This document shows positions 10,315 through 19,836 of a stretch of DNA of 64,000 nt, piece by piece (position 1 is the first letter of the stretch; every line of letters starts with the position of its first letter). The position numbers and the translations under genes are program-made. Source of the stretch: an uncultured bacterium (GTDB lineage: Bacteria; Patescibacteriota; Minisyncoccia; Minisyncoccales; RBG-13-42-11); the NCBI GenBank assembly GCA_963790795.1, contig CAWBPO010000001.1, positions 460,073-524,072 of the forward strand, read 5' to 3'. The notes under the pieces are model-generated. The model saw only the letters and a list, made by a program, of their open reading frames with translations, ran no database searches and was not told where the DNA came from.

Positions 10315-11362
10315 ATATCGGCGTAATTATTGAAATAACTACAAATCCCACTATAATTCCCATTAATATCATCATCAGGGGCTCCAAAGTATTGGAAAGA
10401 TTTTTAGTCATCTCGTCAACTTCCGTTTCATAAAATTCCGCAAGATAAAGCAGGGAACCGCTTAAGTTTCCTGTTGCCTCCCCTACCGATAACATTTGAG
10501 GAATTAAAATTGGGAAAAAACGAGGATAATTTTCAAATTGATTTGAAATTTTTTTGCCCTTCAAAATGTTTTCGCCCATCTTCTCAAGCATTTTTTTATA
10601 AACTATGTTAGGCGTCGTCTCTGCCGTTATTTTTATCGCTTCAATCAGCGTCACATTGCCTTTTAAAAGCACGCTCAAAGTGCGGGAAATGTTGGCTAAA
10701 TGATAATTTTGCAAAAGTTGGCCGAATATGGGAATTGAAGGCATAATGTTATTAATAAAAATCTGCACTTTAGACAATCTTAATATAAAAATTACAGCTA
10801 TAATAAAAATTATTAAGCCGAGCAAAAAATAAAAACCATAGTGTGTTAAAAAACTGCTCACACCAATAAGAATTCTGGTGGTAATGGGCAGCTGGACTTT
10901 CAAACTCGTAAGAATGGGTAAAATCTTGGGAAAGACAAAAACAATCAAAAGAGTGGTAATCCCGATCGTGGCTAAGGCAACGAAAATGGGATAGACAAGC
11001 GCTCCTACTATCTTGCGGTTAAGCATTCTTCTTTTTTTCAATTCTTCAGCCAAATAATTCAAGTTTTGGTGAAGAAATCCGGTATTTTCCCCGATACGGA
11101 TGACGTTAATTATAAAATCGCCGAAAATATTTCTAAAGCGTTTGAGGCCGACGTACAGGGGCTGGCCATTAGCTACGCTTTGCATCAAACTATCAATAAT
11201 TCTTTTCTGGAGATTTGAACGAGTTTGTTCTCTAATCATTGCCAAACTTTTTAAAATCGGAATGCCGGCTTTCAATAAAAAAGAAAGGCGCTTGACAAAG
11301 AGCTCCTTTTCATGGGCTGATAAGCGATTTGAAAATGAAAATGAAAATTTCTTCTTATTCAT
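10292..11362 (-). CDS. pilC: Type IV pilus / T2SS platform protein, PilC/GspF family
   Basis: 356 aa with two GspF-like repeats and three TM segments. Overlaps pilB by 8 nt. Confidence 0.9.
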   Translation of the reverse strand: MNKKKFSFSFSNRLSAHEKELFVKRLSFLLKAGIPILKSLAMIREQTRSNLQKRIIDSLMQSVANGQPLYVGLKRFRNIFGDFIINVIRIGENTGFLHQNLNYLAEELKKRRMLNRKIVGALVYPIFVALATIGITTLLIVFVFPKILPILTSLKVQLPITTRILIGVSSFLTHYGFYFLLGLIIFIIAVIFILRLSKVQIFINNIMPSIPIFGQLLQNYHLANISRTLSVLLKGNVTLIEAIKITAETTPNIVYKKMLEKMGENILKGKKISNQFENYPRFFPILIPQMLSVGEATGNLSGSLLYLAEFYETEVDEMTKNLSNTLEPLMMILMGIIVGFVVISIITPIYGVTQHL

Positions 11363-12584
11363 TGATTACTCTTAAAATCTCCTCAATAGTAGTTATTCCT
11401 TTTAAAGCTTTTTCGAAACCATCTTCAAACATCGTGGCCATTCCGTCGGCAATGGCAATTTGTTTCATTTTAGCGGACGAATCGCGTCGCAAAATAGATT
11501 CTCTGATAACATCATTAACCACCAAAACTTCATTAATGCAAATCCTTCCCCGATAGCCGGTCTGGTTGCACTGAGGACAACCCTGCCCCCGATAGAAATT
11601 CTCCGCTTTCTCTAAAAGTTTCTGGGGTATTACTTCGGATAAACTTTGATATTCGGCTTTGGTTATCTTGTAAGAAATTTTACAGTGCTCGCAAATTTCC
11701 CGGACCAATCGCTGGGCAATCACCAAATTCACGGTTGAAGCGATTAAAAACGATTCTATTTCCATGTCAAACAAGCGGACAATGGCGGTAACTGAATCGG
11801 TGGTATGAATGGTAGAAAGAAAAAGATGGCCGGTCAAAGCGGTGTTTACGGCTAAATTCGCAGTCTCAAGATCCCGAATTTCACCCACCATAATAATATT
11901 CGGATCCTGACGCAAAATGGAACGAAGTCCTTTGGCAAAAGTCAGATTAGTTCGGGTATTAACCTGAATTTGGCTAACGCCTTCAATATTATATTCTATC
12001 GGATCTTCAATGGTAATAATTGATACCTCTTTATTGTTGAGAGATTTAATAAGAGTATAAAGAGTCGTGGTTTTCCCCGAACCAGTGGGGCCGGTAGCTA
12101 AAATCATGCCCCAGGGTTTTCTTAGAGCTTTTTTAATTTTTAAAATATTATTTTCACCAAACCCCAAAGTTGCCAGAGTGAATTGTTCCACTTTGTCCGC
12201 CAATAATCTAAGAACGGCGTTTTCGCCGTGATAAGTCGGGATAATGGATACCCTGATATCTATATTTCTCTCTTTAATATAATAGCTGAATCGGCCGTCC
12301 TGAGTCGCCTGATGTTCGTCGGTTCTTAAACCGCAAAGGATTTTGATTCTGGATATCACCTCGGGATGAAAACCTTTTGGAAAAGTATAAATTTCCTGTA
12401 AAACTCCGTCAATTCGGAATCTGATTTTCATCCCCTCTTCCAAAGGATCAATATGAATATCGGAAGCTTTCAAGCTGAAAGCATGTTCAATGAGATAATC
12501 AAGAAACCTAACAACGGAGGGCTCTATTTTTTGAGCCAATTGATTCTCAATATTTTTATAATAATCATTAGGATTTGTTTCCAT
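11355..12584 (-). CDS. pilB: Type IV pilus / T2SS assembly ATPase, PilB/GspE family
   Basis: Walker A GPTGSGKTTT, Asp box GEIRDLETA, His box STIHT, and the tetracysteine CEHC...CPQC motif. Confidence 0.92.
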   Translation of the reverse strand: METNPNDYYKNIENQLAQKIEPSVVRFLDYLIEHAFSLKASDIHIDPLEEGMKIRFRIDGVLQEIYTFPKGFHPEVISRIKILCGLRTDEHQATQDGRFSYYIKERNIDIRVSIIPTYHGENAVLRLLADKVEQFTLATLGFGENNILKIKKALRKPWGMILATGPTGSGKTTTLYTLIKSLNNKEVSIITIEDPIEYNIEGVSQIQVNTRTNLTFAKGLRSILRQDPNIIMVGEIRDLETANLAVNTALTGHLFLSTIHTTDSVTAIVRLFDMEIESFLIASTVNLVIAQRLVREICEHCKISYKITKAEYQSLSEVIPQKLLEKAENFYRGQGCPQCNQTGYRGRICINEVLVVNDVIRESILRRDSSAKMKQIAIADGMATMFEDGFEKALKGITTIEEILRVINE

Positions 12585-12755
12585 AAAAAAACAACATTAA
12601 TTCTTAACGTTAAATTGATCTTTTATTATGCATTTATTAATAATATAAGTCAAGTAAAGAACAAAACCACCGCACCACTCATTAATTACTTTTTTAAATT
12701 GAGTAATGGTAGTTAATTACTCCGTTTATCTTACTTATATCTTATCTTTTTTTGT

Positions 12756-13073
12756 TTAAATCTTAAACTTGTCGGCAAATTTTCCCAAAAAAGGAAGTTC
12801 TTTCTTTTTCTTGTTCAGAACATTAAGGATTCCGATAATGCTAAAAACAAGCCAGATAAGCCAGAAGATATTGCCCAAAAACCAGAGAAACGGCAGAATG
12901 AAAAAGACTATCCAGGTTGCCGCTTCAGCGACAAATAAAATAAAGCCTTGCTTGGCGTGAAAACTGATAAATGCGTCTTTTTCTTTCGTCAGTATGGGAA
13001 TCAGACAAAGAAAGCCAATATAGCTGATTATAGCCATTACATTGGATTGCTCTTTTTTTGTTTTTTCTTCCAT
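12756..13073 (-). CDS. Small membrane protein (DUF4870-like)
   Basis: 105 aa, three TM segments, HAKQGFILF box. Confidence 0.45.
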   Translation of the reverse strand: MEEKTKKEQSNVMAIISYIGFLCLIPILTKEKDAFISFHAKQGFILFVAEAATWIVFFILPFLWFLGNIFWLIWLVFSIIGILNVLNKKKKELPFLGKFADKFKI

Positions 13074-13118
13074 AGATTTAGTTAGTTATTAATTAATTTA
13101 TCGACTTTTTATAAAAAA

Positions 13119-13424
13119 TTAGTTTATAGCCGTCAGAATATTTTTAAAATCTTTTTCGTAAATTTTCCCCAATAACTTCAAAGTTGCCTGAACCGAAGGA
13201 TTTTCGGTATTTTTCAGCGCTAATCGCTTGCCGAATTTGTTAAACAAAGGGCCTAAAAATTCATCGCCCCAGGAAGGCGTAAAAGTTATAACTCCTTCAA
13301 AATCCACTATAATTTTTTCACCGTCTTTTATATCCCTTAAATAGGACTCAAAAGCGGCAAAAGATTCTTTGCCGAATTGTCGGCCATTCAAGGTCGTACC
13401 AAATTTTTTTAAAAAAATAGTCAT
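13119..13424 (-). CDS. STAS-like domain protein (DUF4325-like)
   Basis: 101 aa; IIVDFEGVITFTPSWGDEFLGPLF pattern typical of DUF4325/STAS-like partners of GHKL ATPases. Confidence 0.5.
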   Translation of the reverse strand: MTIFLKKFGTTLNGRQFGKESFAAFESYLRDIKDGEKIIVDFEGVITFTPSWGDEFLGPLFNKFGKRLALKNTENPSVQATLKLLGKIYEKDFKNILTAIN

Positions 13425-13434
13425 AGAATTTATT

Positions 13435-14232
13435 TCAAAACTTAATTACGGCCAGGCAACCGCGGAAATTAATGGCTGATTTGTGAATATCTATATCGGA
13501 ATCATCTTTTTGAATCTTAAGCTGAGCGTCGCCTGTTTGAAAAAACAAACTTATCTCGTTTGCAGTTACAACGTCTTTGACAAACTTTAATCCATTTCCT
13601 CTGTATTCGGGCGCGCGTCCGGAAATCACTTCGGTAAAAGCGGTCCGCAAGGCTTCTTGATGGTTTGCTAGCTTCGGTTTGACTCTTTTTAAAGTGGACA
13701 GGATTCCCTGTCCCCGATCAGCTAAAACAATTTTTCCTTTGTTTAAATCCCAGGCAAAAAATATTCCTAAAATATCAGGCCAATTGCCTAAATTATGGTC
13801 GAAGGAGTTATTGCCTATTTCGCCTGTAATAGCCGAAATTAAAGGAAATATTTTATTCAGCCTTTTTATCTTGCCCAATTCGTTTTCCAATCTCGTTAAT
13901 CGCGCCTGAAAAATAGAAATATCCGGACAATAGAAATCAGAAAACGGCTCAACTCCTGGATCATTAATAACCCAATTCCTTGCCATCTTTAAAAGAAGTA
14001 AGCCTTTTGGATTTTCTCTGAGATAATTTTCAATATCGCTTTTTAAATAATGTCTATGACCGGCTGTCTTTCTATCAATTGAGCATAACTTGCCCGAGTC
14101 GTCCCAACGGCGCAAAGTTTGGATGGAAACTCCCAATATTTTAGCTGCTTGGCTAATTGTTAATAATTGCGAATTCATATTCAGCGCAAAGCTATACATT
14201 TTCGTTATATACCCTATATAAAATTTTGTCAA
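13435..14232 (-). CDS. MerR/excisionase-type HTH fused to a GHKL (histidine-kinase-like) ATPase domain
   Basis: LLTISQAAKILGVSIQTLRRWDDSGKL HTH, then NNSFDHN (N box) and ADRGQGI (G1-like box). Start codon uncertain. Confidence 0.55.
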   Translation of the reverse strand: MTKFYIGYITKMYSFALNMNSQLLTISQAAKILGVSIQTLRRWDDSGKLCSIDRKTAGHRHYLKSDIENYLRENPKGLLLLKMARNWVINDPGVEPFSDFYCPDISIFQARLTRLENELGKIKRLNKIFPLISAITGEIGNNSFDHNLGNWPDILGIFFAWDLNKGKIVLADRGQGILSTLKRVKPKLANHQEALRTAFTEVISGRAPEYRGNGLKFVKDVVTANEISLFFQTGDAQLKIQKDDSDIDIHKSAINFRGCLAVIKF

Positions 14233-14266
14233 ATCTAAACATTGAGTAAGATATAATCGAATTTCA

Positions 14267-14971
14267 TTAAATTTTTCTACTAAAATACTTCCCCAGCAGG
14301 TTTTTTAGGTAATTTTTGAATTTTATCTGTTCCTCTATTGAATTATACATTTCCAGAGCAATAACCTTTGAAAAAATGAACCTGGGAAGAGTTTTCAAGT
14401 AATCGAAATCTTTCAAGCTCTTTACCGTATGCATATCCGTATTCTTCTTCCAACCATAGCCGTTTAAATGATTGCAGGCAAATTTGCTTTTATTTTTCTT
14501 GATATAGGTATAATCAAACTCTTTAGTCCAGGAAGTTAAAGCCACTTTAAAATGGGACAAATCAACGCAGAATCCTCCGATATTCTCAATTTTTACTTTT
14601 GGAGAAACGTAATTATCGGCATTCATTTCTAAATAAATCTTTTTCTCGAATCCCGGCCATTTGTCTAAAAAAGCGAAACTGTTCTCATGAATTGTAAAAT
14701 ATCTGGTTTTGAATTTATTTTCCAGAAAAACAAATTCTTCTACTTTCATGTCGTTCCTCACGTGGCAAAGAGGTATTTCTTTCAACGTAGAATCTAAAAG
14801 AGCCCGGTAGATTCTTTTTCTTTCAGCCTGGTTAAGTTCTTCCAAAAACAAAGCAGCTTTCTTAATTTTCAATTTATTTAAAGCTTCTAATTTTTCCTCT
14901 GCACGGCAATGAGGTTTTTTTCCTTCAGTAATGCCGAGCAAAATACGATTTTCAAAGTTTATTTTAGCCAA
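14267..14971 (-). CDS. Hypothetical protein
   Basis: 234-aa ORF, co-directional with the HTH-ATPase gene. No motif recognised. Confidence 0.4.
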   Translation of the reverse strand: MAKINFENRILLGITEGKKPHCRAEEKLEALNKLKIKKAALFLEELNQAERKRIYRALLDSTLKEIPLCHVRNDMKVEEFVFLENKFKTRYFTIHENSFAFLDKWPGFEKKIYLEMNADNYVSPKVKIENIGGFCVDLSHFKVALTSWTKEFDYTYIKKNKSKFACNHLNGYGWKKNTDMHTVKSLKDFDYLKTLPRFIFSKVIALEMYNSIEEQIKFKNYLKNLLGKYFSRKI

Positions 14972-14983
14972 GAAAAATATGCT

Positions 14984-15529
14984 TTAATGCCTTATTTTCC
15001 AATATTTCGTATAAAGCCACTTAGTAATAACTCCAACTATTATCCCCAAAACAGCTCCGCCCAAAATATCGCTTGGCCAATGAACTCCAACAAATATTCT
15101 TGCTATACCCATTAATGTGGAACATGCAAGAAAAAATATTCCTAATTTTTTGTTAAAGCTATATATGACGGCGCTTAACGCAAAAAACAGAATGGCGTGG
15201 CCAGAAGGGAAAGATTGCAAGTTTTCAGCGGTACTGACAGATATAAGCTTATTGGTTAGAGGTAAATTTACATACGGTCTTGGATAGTTATAAAAAAGTA
15301 GAATTATATTTTTAACTACAAATCTGGCGATAAGAGCAGAGATTATGGAAACTAAAACCATTGCTCTGTTTTTTGTTCTGTCTTTCTTTGGCCAAAATAA
15401 AAAAGATAACAGCAATAGTACCAATAAATATGGCAGATAATCTGCCAGAAATATTCCCAATGCATCTATAATTTTTGAGTGATTAGACAGACCATTGATG
15501 GCTTCAAAGATTTTAACGTCGTAATGCAT
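14984..15529 (-). CDS. PAP2-family phosphatase (undecaprenyl-diphosphatase-like)
   Basis: SFPSGHA and GVHWPSDILGG acid-phosphatase motifs in a polytopic membrane protein. Confidence 0.8.
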   Translation of the reverse strand: MHYDVKIFEAINGLSNHSKIIDALGIFLADYLPYLLVLLLLSFLFWPKKDRTKNRAMVLVSIISALIARFVVKNIILLFYNYPRPYVNLPLTNKLISVSTAENLQSFPSGHAILFFALSAVIYSFNKKLGIFFLACSTLMGIARIFVGVHWPSDILGGAVLGIIVGVITKWLYTKYWKIRH

Positions 15530-15534
15530 ATGTT

Positions 15535-15906
15535 TTATCTTCTTTCGATAAGACTAATTATATGAGGCAGAAATATTAAAATTCCTATAACAATAGATAC
15601 AAGCGCCGAAAGCAAAACCGCGCCGGCTGAAAAATCTTTAATTATTTTTACCCTTGGATGATGGTCTGGTTGGATTAAATCCAAAAATTTTTCAATTTGA
15701 GAGTTAATTAATTCAAGACCTAAAACCACTAAAATAGTCAAAAGTAAAATAGATTTTTCTATGTAATTTAAATCAAGAACTATCATAAGGACTATGACTG
15801 CAGATCCTATTAAAAACTGTATTCTAAAATTTCTCTCTTCCCTGAAGGCTGCCACAATTCCAAAAAATGCGGTTTTTAACCTATTTAAAAACTTTTGATT
15901 TTTCAC
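15535..15906 (-). CDS. dgkA: Diacylglycerol/undecaprenol kinase, DgkA family
   Basis: 123 aa, three TM segments, NFRIQ and LELINSQIE motifs. Confidence 0.8.
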   Translation of the reverse strand: MKNQKFLNRLKTAFFGIVAAFREERNFRIQFLIGSAVIVLMIVLDLNYIEKSILLLTILVVLGLELINSQIEKFLDLIQPDHHPRVKIIKDFSAGAVLLSALVSIVIGILIFLPHIISLIERR

Positions 15907-15926
15907 AATTATTTATTAATATTTGA

Positions 15927-16015
15927 CGCGGCTCGGTCGGGGTTGTTTTAAGCTATTTTAACATAAAATGAAACAAATGAGACACTACTTAAGGGTGTTT
16001 TTGGTGTCTCATTTT
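15927..16015. repeat. Intergenic repeat family A, copy 1 (partial)
   Basis: GCTCGGTCGGGGTTGTTTTAAGCT...AAATGAGACACTACTTAAGGGTG...GGTGTCTCATTTT; shares the CTCGGTCGGGG..TTTTAA(A)GCT..ATGAGACAC core with 24490-24606 and 29648-29790. Confidence 0.7.
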
Positions 16016-16086
16016 AACTAATACTTTAGTTATAGATAGTAAAATAAAGGGGCGTCAAATTAACGAAATTTAATGCCCCAATAAGT

Positions 16087-17016
16087 CTAATCTCCTTCTT
16101 TTTCTTTCAATCCGGCGATATTCTTATAACCTTTATTCGCCAAATATTTATCTAAACCATCAACAATTTCAGCCATGGTTAAGGGATTCCTAAAAGTAGC
16201 TGTACCAACTGCTATTGCCTGGACATTTTTAATTTTTAGAAATTCCACAGCATCATCCGTATTGCCTATTCCACCCATAGCAACAATAGGAACATTAACC
16301 ACTTTTGATACTTGCCTGACCATGTATAGGGCAATGTGTTTTATCGCTGGTCCTGATAATCCCCCTTCTATCCATTGACCAGCATTAAGTCCTCTTTCGA
16401 TATAGGCTGCGGCTTTTACTGTATTGATCAGAGAAATAGCATCTGCTCCACTAGCCACGGCAGCTTCTGCCACGAGAGCAATGTTTGTTACGTTTGGAGT
16501 AAGTTTAATCCATAAAGGTAATGCTACCCTGGATTTTAAAGCCATTACTAATTCATAAACCAAATCGGCATCACAACCAAATACCAAACCACTTTTAACA
16601 TTTGGACAGGATACATTAATTTCTAGGGCAGCAATTCTTCCATTTGATTTGGCTTCCAAAACGACCGCCGTATTCACGTAATCATCAATACTTTCCCCGG
16701 CAACGCTAACAATTAATGGAACATCAATCGGTTTCAGCATATGAATTATGGGGAGTTTATTATTAACAAATTCTCCCACCCCAACATTCTGTAAACCGAT
16801 TCGATTGATCATTCCCCCATAGACCTCATATATCCTTGGCTGTTGATTTCCCTCACGTGGCAAAAGAGTAATGCTTTTCTGAATATAAGCTCCGACCTTA
16901 TCAATTTGTACTAATTCCTTTACACCCTCGGGCTCGATATCCAAAGTGCCAGCAGCGTTCATCACTGGATTTTGCATTTCAACCCCAGCTATCTTAACTG
17001 AAAGGTTAACTTTCAT
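16087..17016 (-). CDS. pyrD: Dihydroorotate dehydrogenase, class 1 catalytic subunit
   Basis: MKVNLSVKIAGVEMQNPVMNAAGT start with AAGGAGAAG SD upstream of ATG 17016. Also the NVSCPNV active-site box and a C-terminal GGI..DA..F motif. Confidence 0.9.
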   Translation of the reverse strand: MKVNLSVKIAGVEMQNPVMNAAGTLDIEPEGVKELVQIDKVGAYIQKSITLLPREGNQQPRIYEVYGGMINRIGLQNVGVGEFVNNKLPIIHMLKPIDVPLIVSVAGESIDDYVNTAVVLEAKSNGRIAALEINVSCPNVKSGLVFGCDADLVYELVMALKSRVALPLWIKLTPNVTNIALVAEAAVASGADAISLINTVKAAAYIERGLNAGQWIEGGLSGPAIKHIALYMVRQVSKVVNVPIVAMGGIGNTDDAVEFLKIKNVQAIAVGTATFRNPLTMAEIVDGLDKYLANKGYKNIAGLKEKEGD

Positions 17017-17151
17017 CTCTCTTCTCCTTTTTAAAATTGGAAGGTGCATCCCTCCTATTTAGAGATTATCACATTTCAAAATTTCGTCAAAAAAAAGAGT
17101 CGGTGGGGCTTAATGCCACACCGACTTATGCTTGTGATTATGATATGATGA

Positions 17152-17853
17152 TCATTTCTTCCCGGTCAATTCTGCCCAGTGAGTCTTTGGACGATACCTC
17201 GGGGAGCCGGCCTTGCATAACGGACAATCTTTCGGATAAACTGCCCAGATTTCCTTTTCGATCAACGCGATAACTTTTCGGTCGCCGTAATCTGCCGGTA
17301 GTTTTGGTGGCCGATGAACTAAAGCGCCGACAATCGGCAGGAAATCAATTGGTTCGCCATTTCCTTCTTCAACCGCTCGACGGACTTCCGTCATCGTTCC
17401 GCTGGTAGTAATCAGCTCCTCGATTTGGAGCACTTTAGCACCGGCTGGAATTTTCATTCTCGCCCAGAGCATGTTTTTGCCTTTTAGATCGACTGGATCT
17501 TTCTCTACAAATCCATGGACAGCTCCAAAAGCTTTTGCCACTTCATATGAGAAAGTAATTGCGGCATAAGCAGAACCCACAACCCAATCTGGTGCAGATA
17601 TTCCTTGGTCCTCCAGTTCCTTGGTAAGTTGTTTAGCGAGAATTTCAGTGAGATTCGGATACTTTAAAACCCGCATACAGTCGAAGAAGCCGTTGCTGCA
17701 CATCCCTGAAGTTAATTCGGCATGAGGTTTCTTGGGATCGCCATCGTGAACCCAGGCAGCATCACAGAGGTCAAACCAGTAAAGAATCTCATCTGGGAAA
17801 GCAAGTACCACCTTCTTTGGATCAATCTGACGTATAATATCTATCTTTTCCAT
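17152..17853 (-). CDS. Phosphoribosyltransferase, probable orotate PRTase by context
   Basis: PRPP-binding loop VLQIEELITTSGT. Located between pyrD and pyrF. Confidence 0.6.
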   Translation of the reverse strand: MEKIDIIRQIDPKKVVLAFPDEILYWFDLCDAAWVHDGDPKKPHAELTSGMCSNGFFDCMRVLKYPNLTEILAKQLTKELEDQGISAPDWVVGSAYAAITFSYEVAKAFGAVHGFVEKDPVDLKGKNMLWARMKIPAGAKVLQIEELITTSGTMTEVRRAVEEGNGEPIDFLPIVGALVHRPPKLPADYGDRKVIALIEKEIWAVYPKDCPLCKAGSPRYRPKTHWAELTGKK

Positions 17854-17864
17854 ATTCCTGCTCC

Positions 17865-18650
17865 CTACAGAACATCGGCAATTTCTTCTGCGATTTTTTT
17901 CGCAGCTTCAACCGGTCCGCCAACCTCCGGCGGTGGTTGTGTTATCGGCCGACCAATAACGAGGTGGTTAGCTCCAGCTTTAATCGCTTCACCGGGAGTC
18001 ATCACTCTTTTTTGGTCTCCGGTTGCGGCCCAAAGAGGCCGAACGCCAGGAGTTACTACCAAAAATTCTGGTTGAGTATATTTCCGAATAACCTGGATTT
18101 CCTGAGGTGATGCAATTACGCCGTCAAGCTTAGCTTCTTGAGCAAGCCAGGATAATTGATGACCGACCAGCCTCTCGATTCGCTGACGTTTTATCTCCGC
18201 TAATTCTTTCGGATCAGCGATGTTGAGATCTTCATAAATCCCCAGCAGAACCAAATCGTTGTAGTTGAGGCTGGTGAGCAGCGTTACCCCCAATATAATG
18301 GGAGATTTTTTGCTCAGGCTTTGAGCGGTTTCATCAGCTGCTTTCCTGGCAGCCTTCATCATTTCCAGTCCGCCGAAGCAATGGACATTGAACATATCAA
18401 CGCCTAATTTCGTTACAGCTGCTGAAGCGCCGGCAACGGTATTGGGAATATCCTTGAATTTCCCGTCAAAAAAAATCTTCCCGCCAGCTCCCTGAAGATC
18501 TTGGACGACTACCGGTGCCCCTACGCTCGTCAAAAGCTCAAGGCCGACCTTGAAGTAGCCAACATACGGGTAGAGAAGTTCTACTAGCTTCCGTGCTTTT
18601 TCTCGACTATCCACATCTAGTGCCACAATGATTCTGTCTTTAGCTTCCAT
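17865..18650 (-). CDS. pyrF: Orotidine 5'-phosphate decarboxylase
   Basis: IVALDV, DGKFKDIPNTV and HLVIGRPI motifs. Confidence 0.88.
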   Translation of the reverse strand: MEAKDRIIVALDVDSREKARKLVELLYPYVGYFKVGLELLTSVGAPVVVQDLQGAGGKIFFDGKFKDIPNTVAGASAAVTKLGVDMFNVHCFGGLEMMKAARKAADETAQSLSKKSPIILGVTLLTSLNYNDLVLLGIYEDLNIADPKELAEIKRQRIERLVGHQLSWLAQEAKLDGVIASPQEIQVIRKYTQPEFLVVTPGVRPLWAATGDQKRVMTPGEAIKAGANHLVIGRPITQPPPEVGGPVEAAKKIAEEIADVL

Positions 18651-18807
18651 CTCTGTTGTTTTTCCTCCTTTTAGTTTTTGTCTTGATTATATTTTCAGTC
18701 CTTATTCAATTATTAATAGTGCATTCCCCTCCTTTTTATAATTTTATATTTTATTTTTACCACATTCAGAGGAAAAGTCAAGTTTTAAAAAATCGCCATT
18801 TCGGGCG

Positions 18808-18850
18808 ACTTTTAGACGTGTCTCATTTTAGGGAAAACCGGGAAATTTTA
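18808..18850. repeat. Intergenic repeat family A, short partial copy
   Basis: CGACTTTTAGACGTGTCTCATTTTAGGG matches CGACTTTTAAGGGTGTCTCATAATGCC at 29680-29706. Confidence 0.45.
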
Positions 18851-18929
18851 TCCACAGTTTGTTTGCTTGACAGAAGTTTTATGTTATAATAATTATAGGG
18901 CGTCGTGCGTTGGCCGACAGCCCACTTTT

Positions 18930-19718
18930 TTATTTAGGCTGACCTTTAAACGACCAAACGCTAAAATAATTCGGTTTATGGATGGTCTGGTTCTGGGCTA
19001 AAATTGAGATATTATATTTTCCCTTAAGATAATCTAATAATTTCGTCTTTGGGTTTTCGGGATCTTTTTTCATCATTTTAGCTTGTAGTTTAAAATCATA
19101 AACGACGCAACCCAATAAAATATCAATCATTTGTATATATAACGAGGCATCAGATTCTACTCGGCACGTATTATATACTTCGGGGACCATATTTAACTCT
19201 CTTTCGTAATACTTAGTTGATCTGTGTGGCATATCAACATAATCCGCGACAATGGCTATGTTTTCGTCTTTTTTTACATTGCATTTTATTAATGTCTTAG
19301 AATATCCAATATAAGCTTCCCAAGCGGCAGGAAAATATGTCCTAAAATCAAAGGTTGGATCGTCTTTATCAATTACAAGCGTACAGAAATAATTATTGGG
19401 AAATTGAACATAGACATCTATTAAACCCATAAAATCCGAAAGAGAAATCTCATCTAACTTGTTAAATTTAAACTCGAAACGCTTGTTGCTATGAAGTAGA
19501 TGAAATATATCCTTTTTATTAACGGGGTCTGGAAGAGATTTAATCTTTGATTGTCTCTTCGCCTCAATGTTAGAGACTATTTTATGGTAATATTTTGAAA
19601 GAAGATTATAAAATTCAGCGGCATCTTCTAGTTTCAATAGTCCCAAACCAAAGAATCTCTGTTTTGGGTCTATTTGTAAAATTCCGGTCTCATCAATAAA
19701 ACCAAAGTGATTTTTCAT
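18930..19718 (-). CDS. DUF3800-like protein
   Basis: Starts MKNHFGFIDETGIL (the FIDE(S/T)G start typical of DUF3800). 262 aa. Confidence 0.5.
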   Translation of the reverse strand: MKNHFGFIDETGILQIDPKQRFFGLGLLKLEDAAEFYNLLSKYYHKIVSNIEAKRQSKIKSLPDPVNKKDIFHLLHSNKRFEFKFNKLDEISLSDFMGLIDVYVQFPNNYFCTLVIDKDDPTFDFRTYFPAAWEAYIGYSKTLIKCNVKKDENIAIVADYVDMPHRSTKYYERELNMVPEVYNTCRVESDASLYIQMIDILLGCVVYDFKLQAKMMKKDPENPKTKLLDYLKGKYNISILAQNQTIHKPNYFSVWSFKGQPK

Positions 19719-19741
19719 GGTTTCTTAATTTTTTCTTTCAT

Positions 19742-19781
19742 ATTTCAATTCTATCAAAAAACCGTCCCTTTTGCGAGGCGG
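19742..19781 (-). promoter_or_regulatory. Hairpin-T6-TGATAGAAT-N6-ATG module (terminator plus promoter)
   Basis: Minus strand CCGCCTCGCAAAAGGGACGGTTTTTTGATAGAATTGAAATATG. The -10 box lies at 19748-19753, 6 nt before ATG 19741. Confidence 0.5.
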
Positions 19782-19836
19782 CGGAAATTGGAAACTCGGC
19801 TGATCTTAGACTTCAACAAAATCTAGACGGGTACCC

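Noticed and set aside
18860-18935. A TTGACA..TATAAT-like box followed by a GC hairpin (GGGCGTCG..CGACAGCCC), considered as a tiny plus-strand sRNA.
   Set aside because: The -35/-10 spacing is poor. The hairpin is adequately explained as the terminator of the minus-strand DUF3800-like gene ending at 18930.
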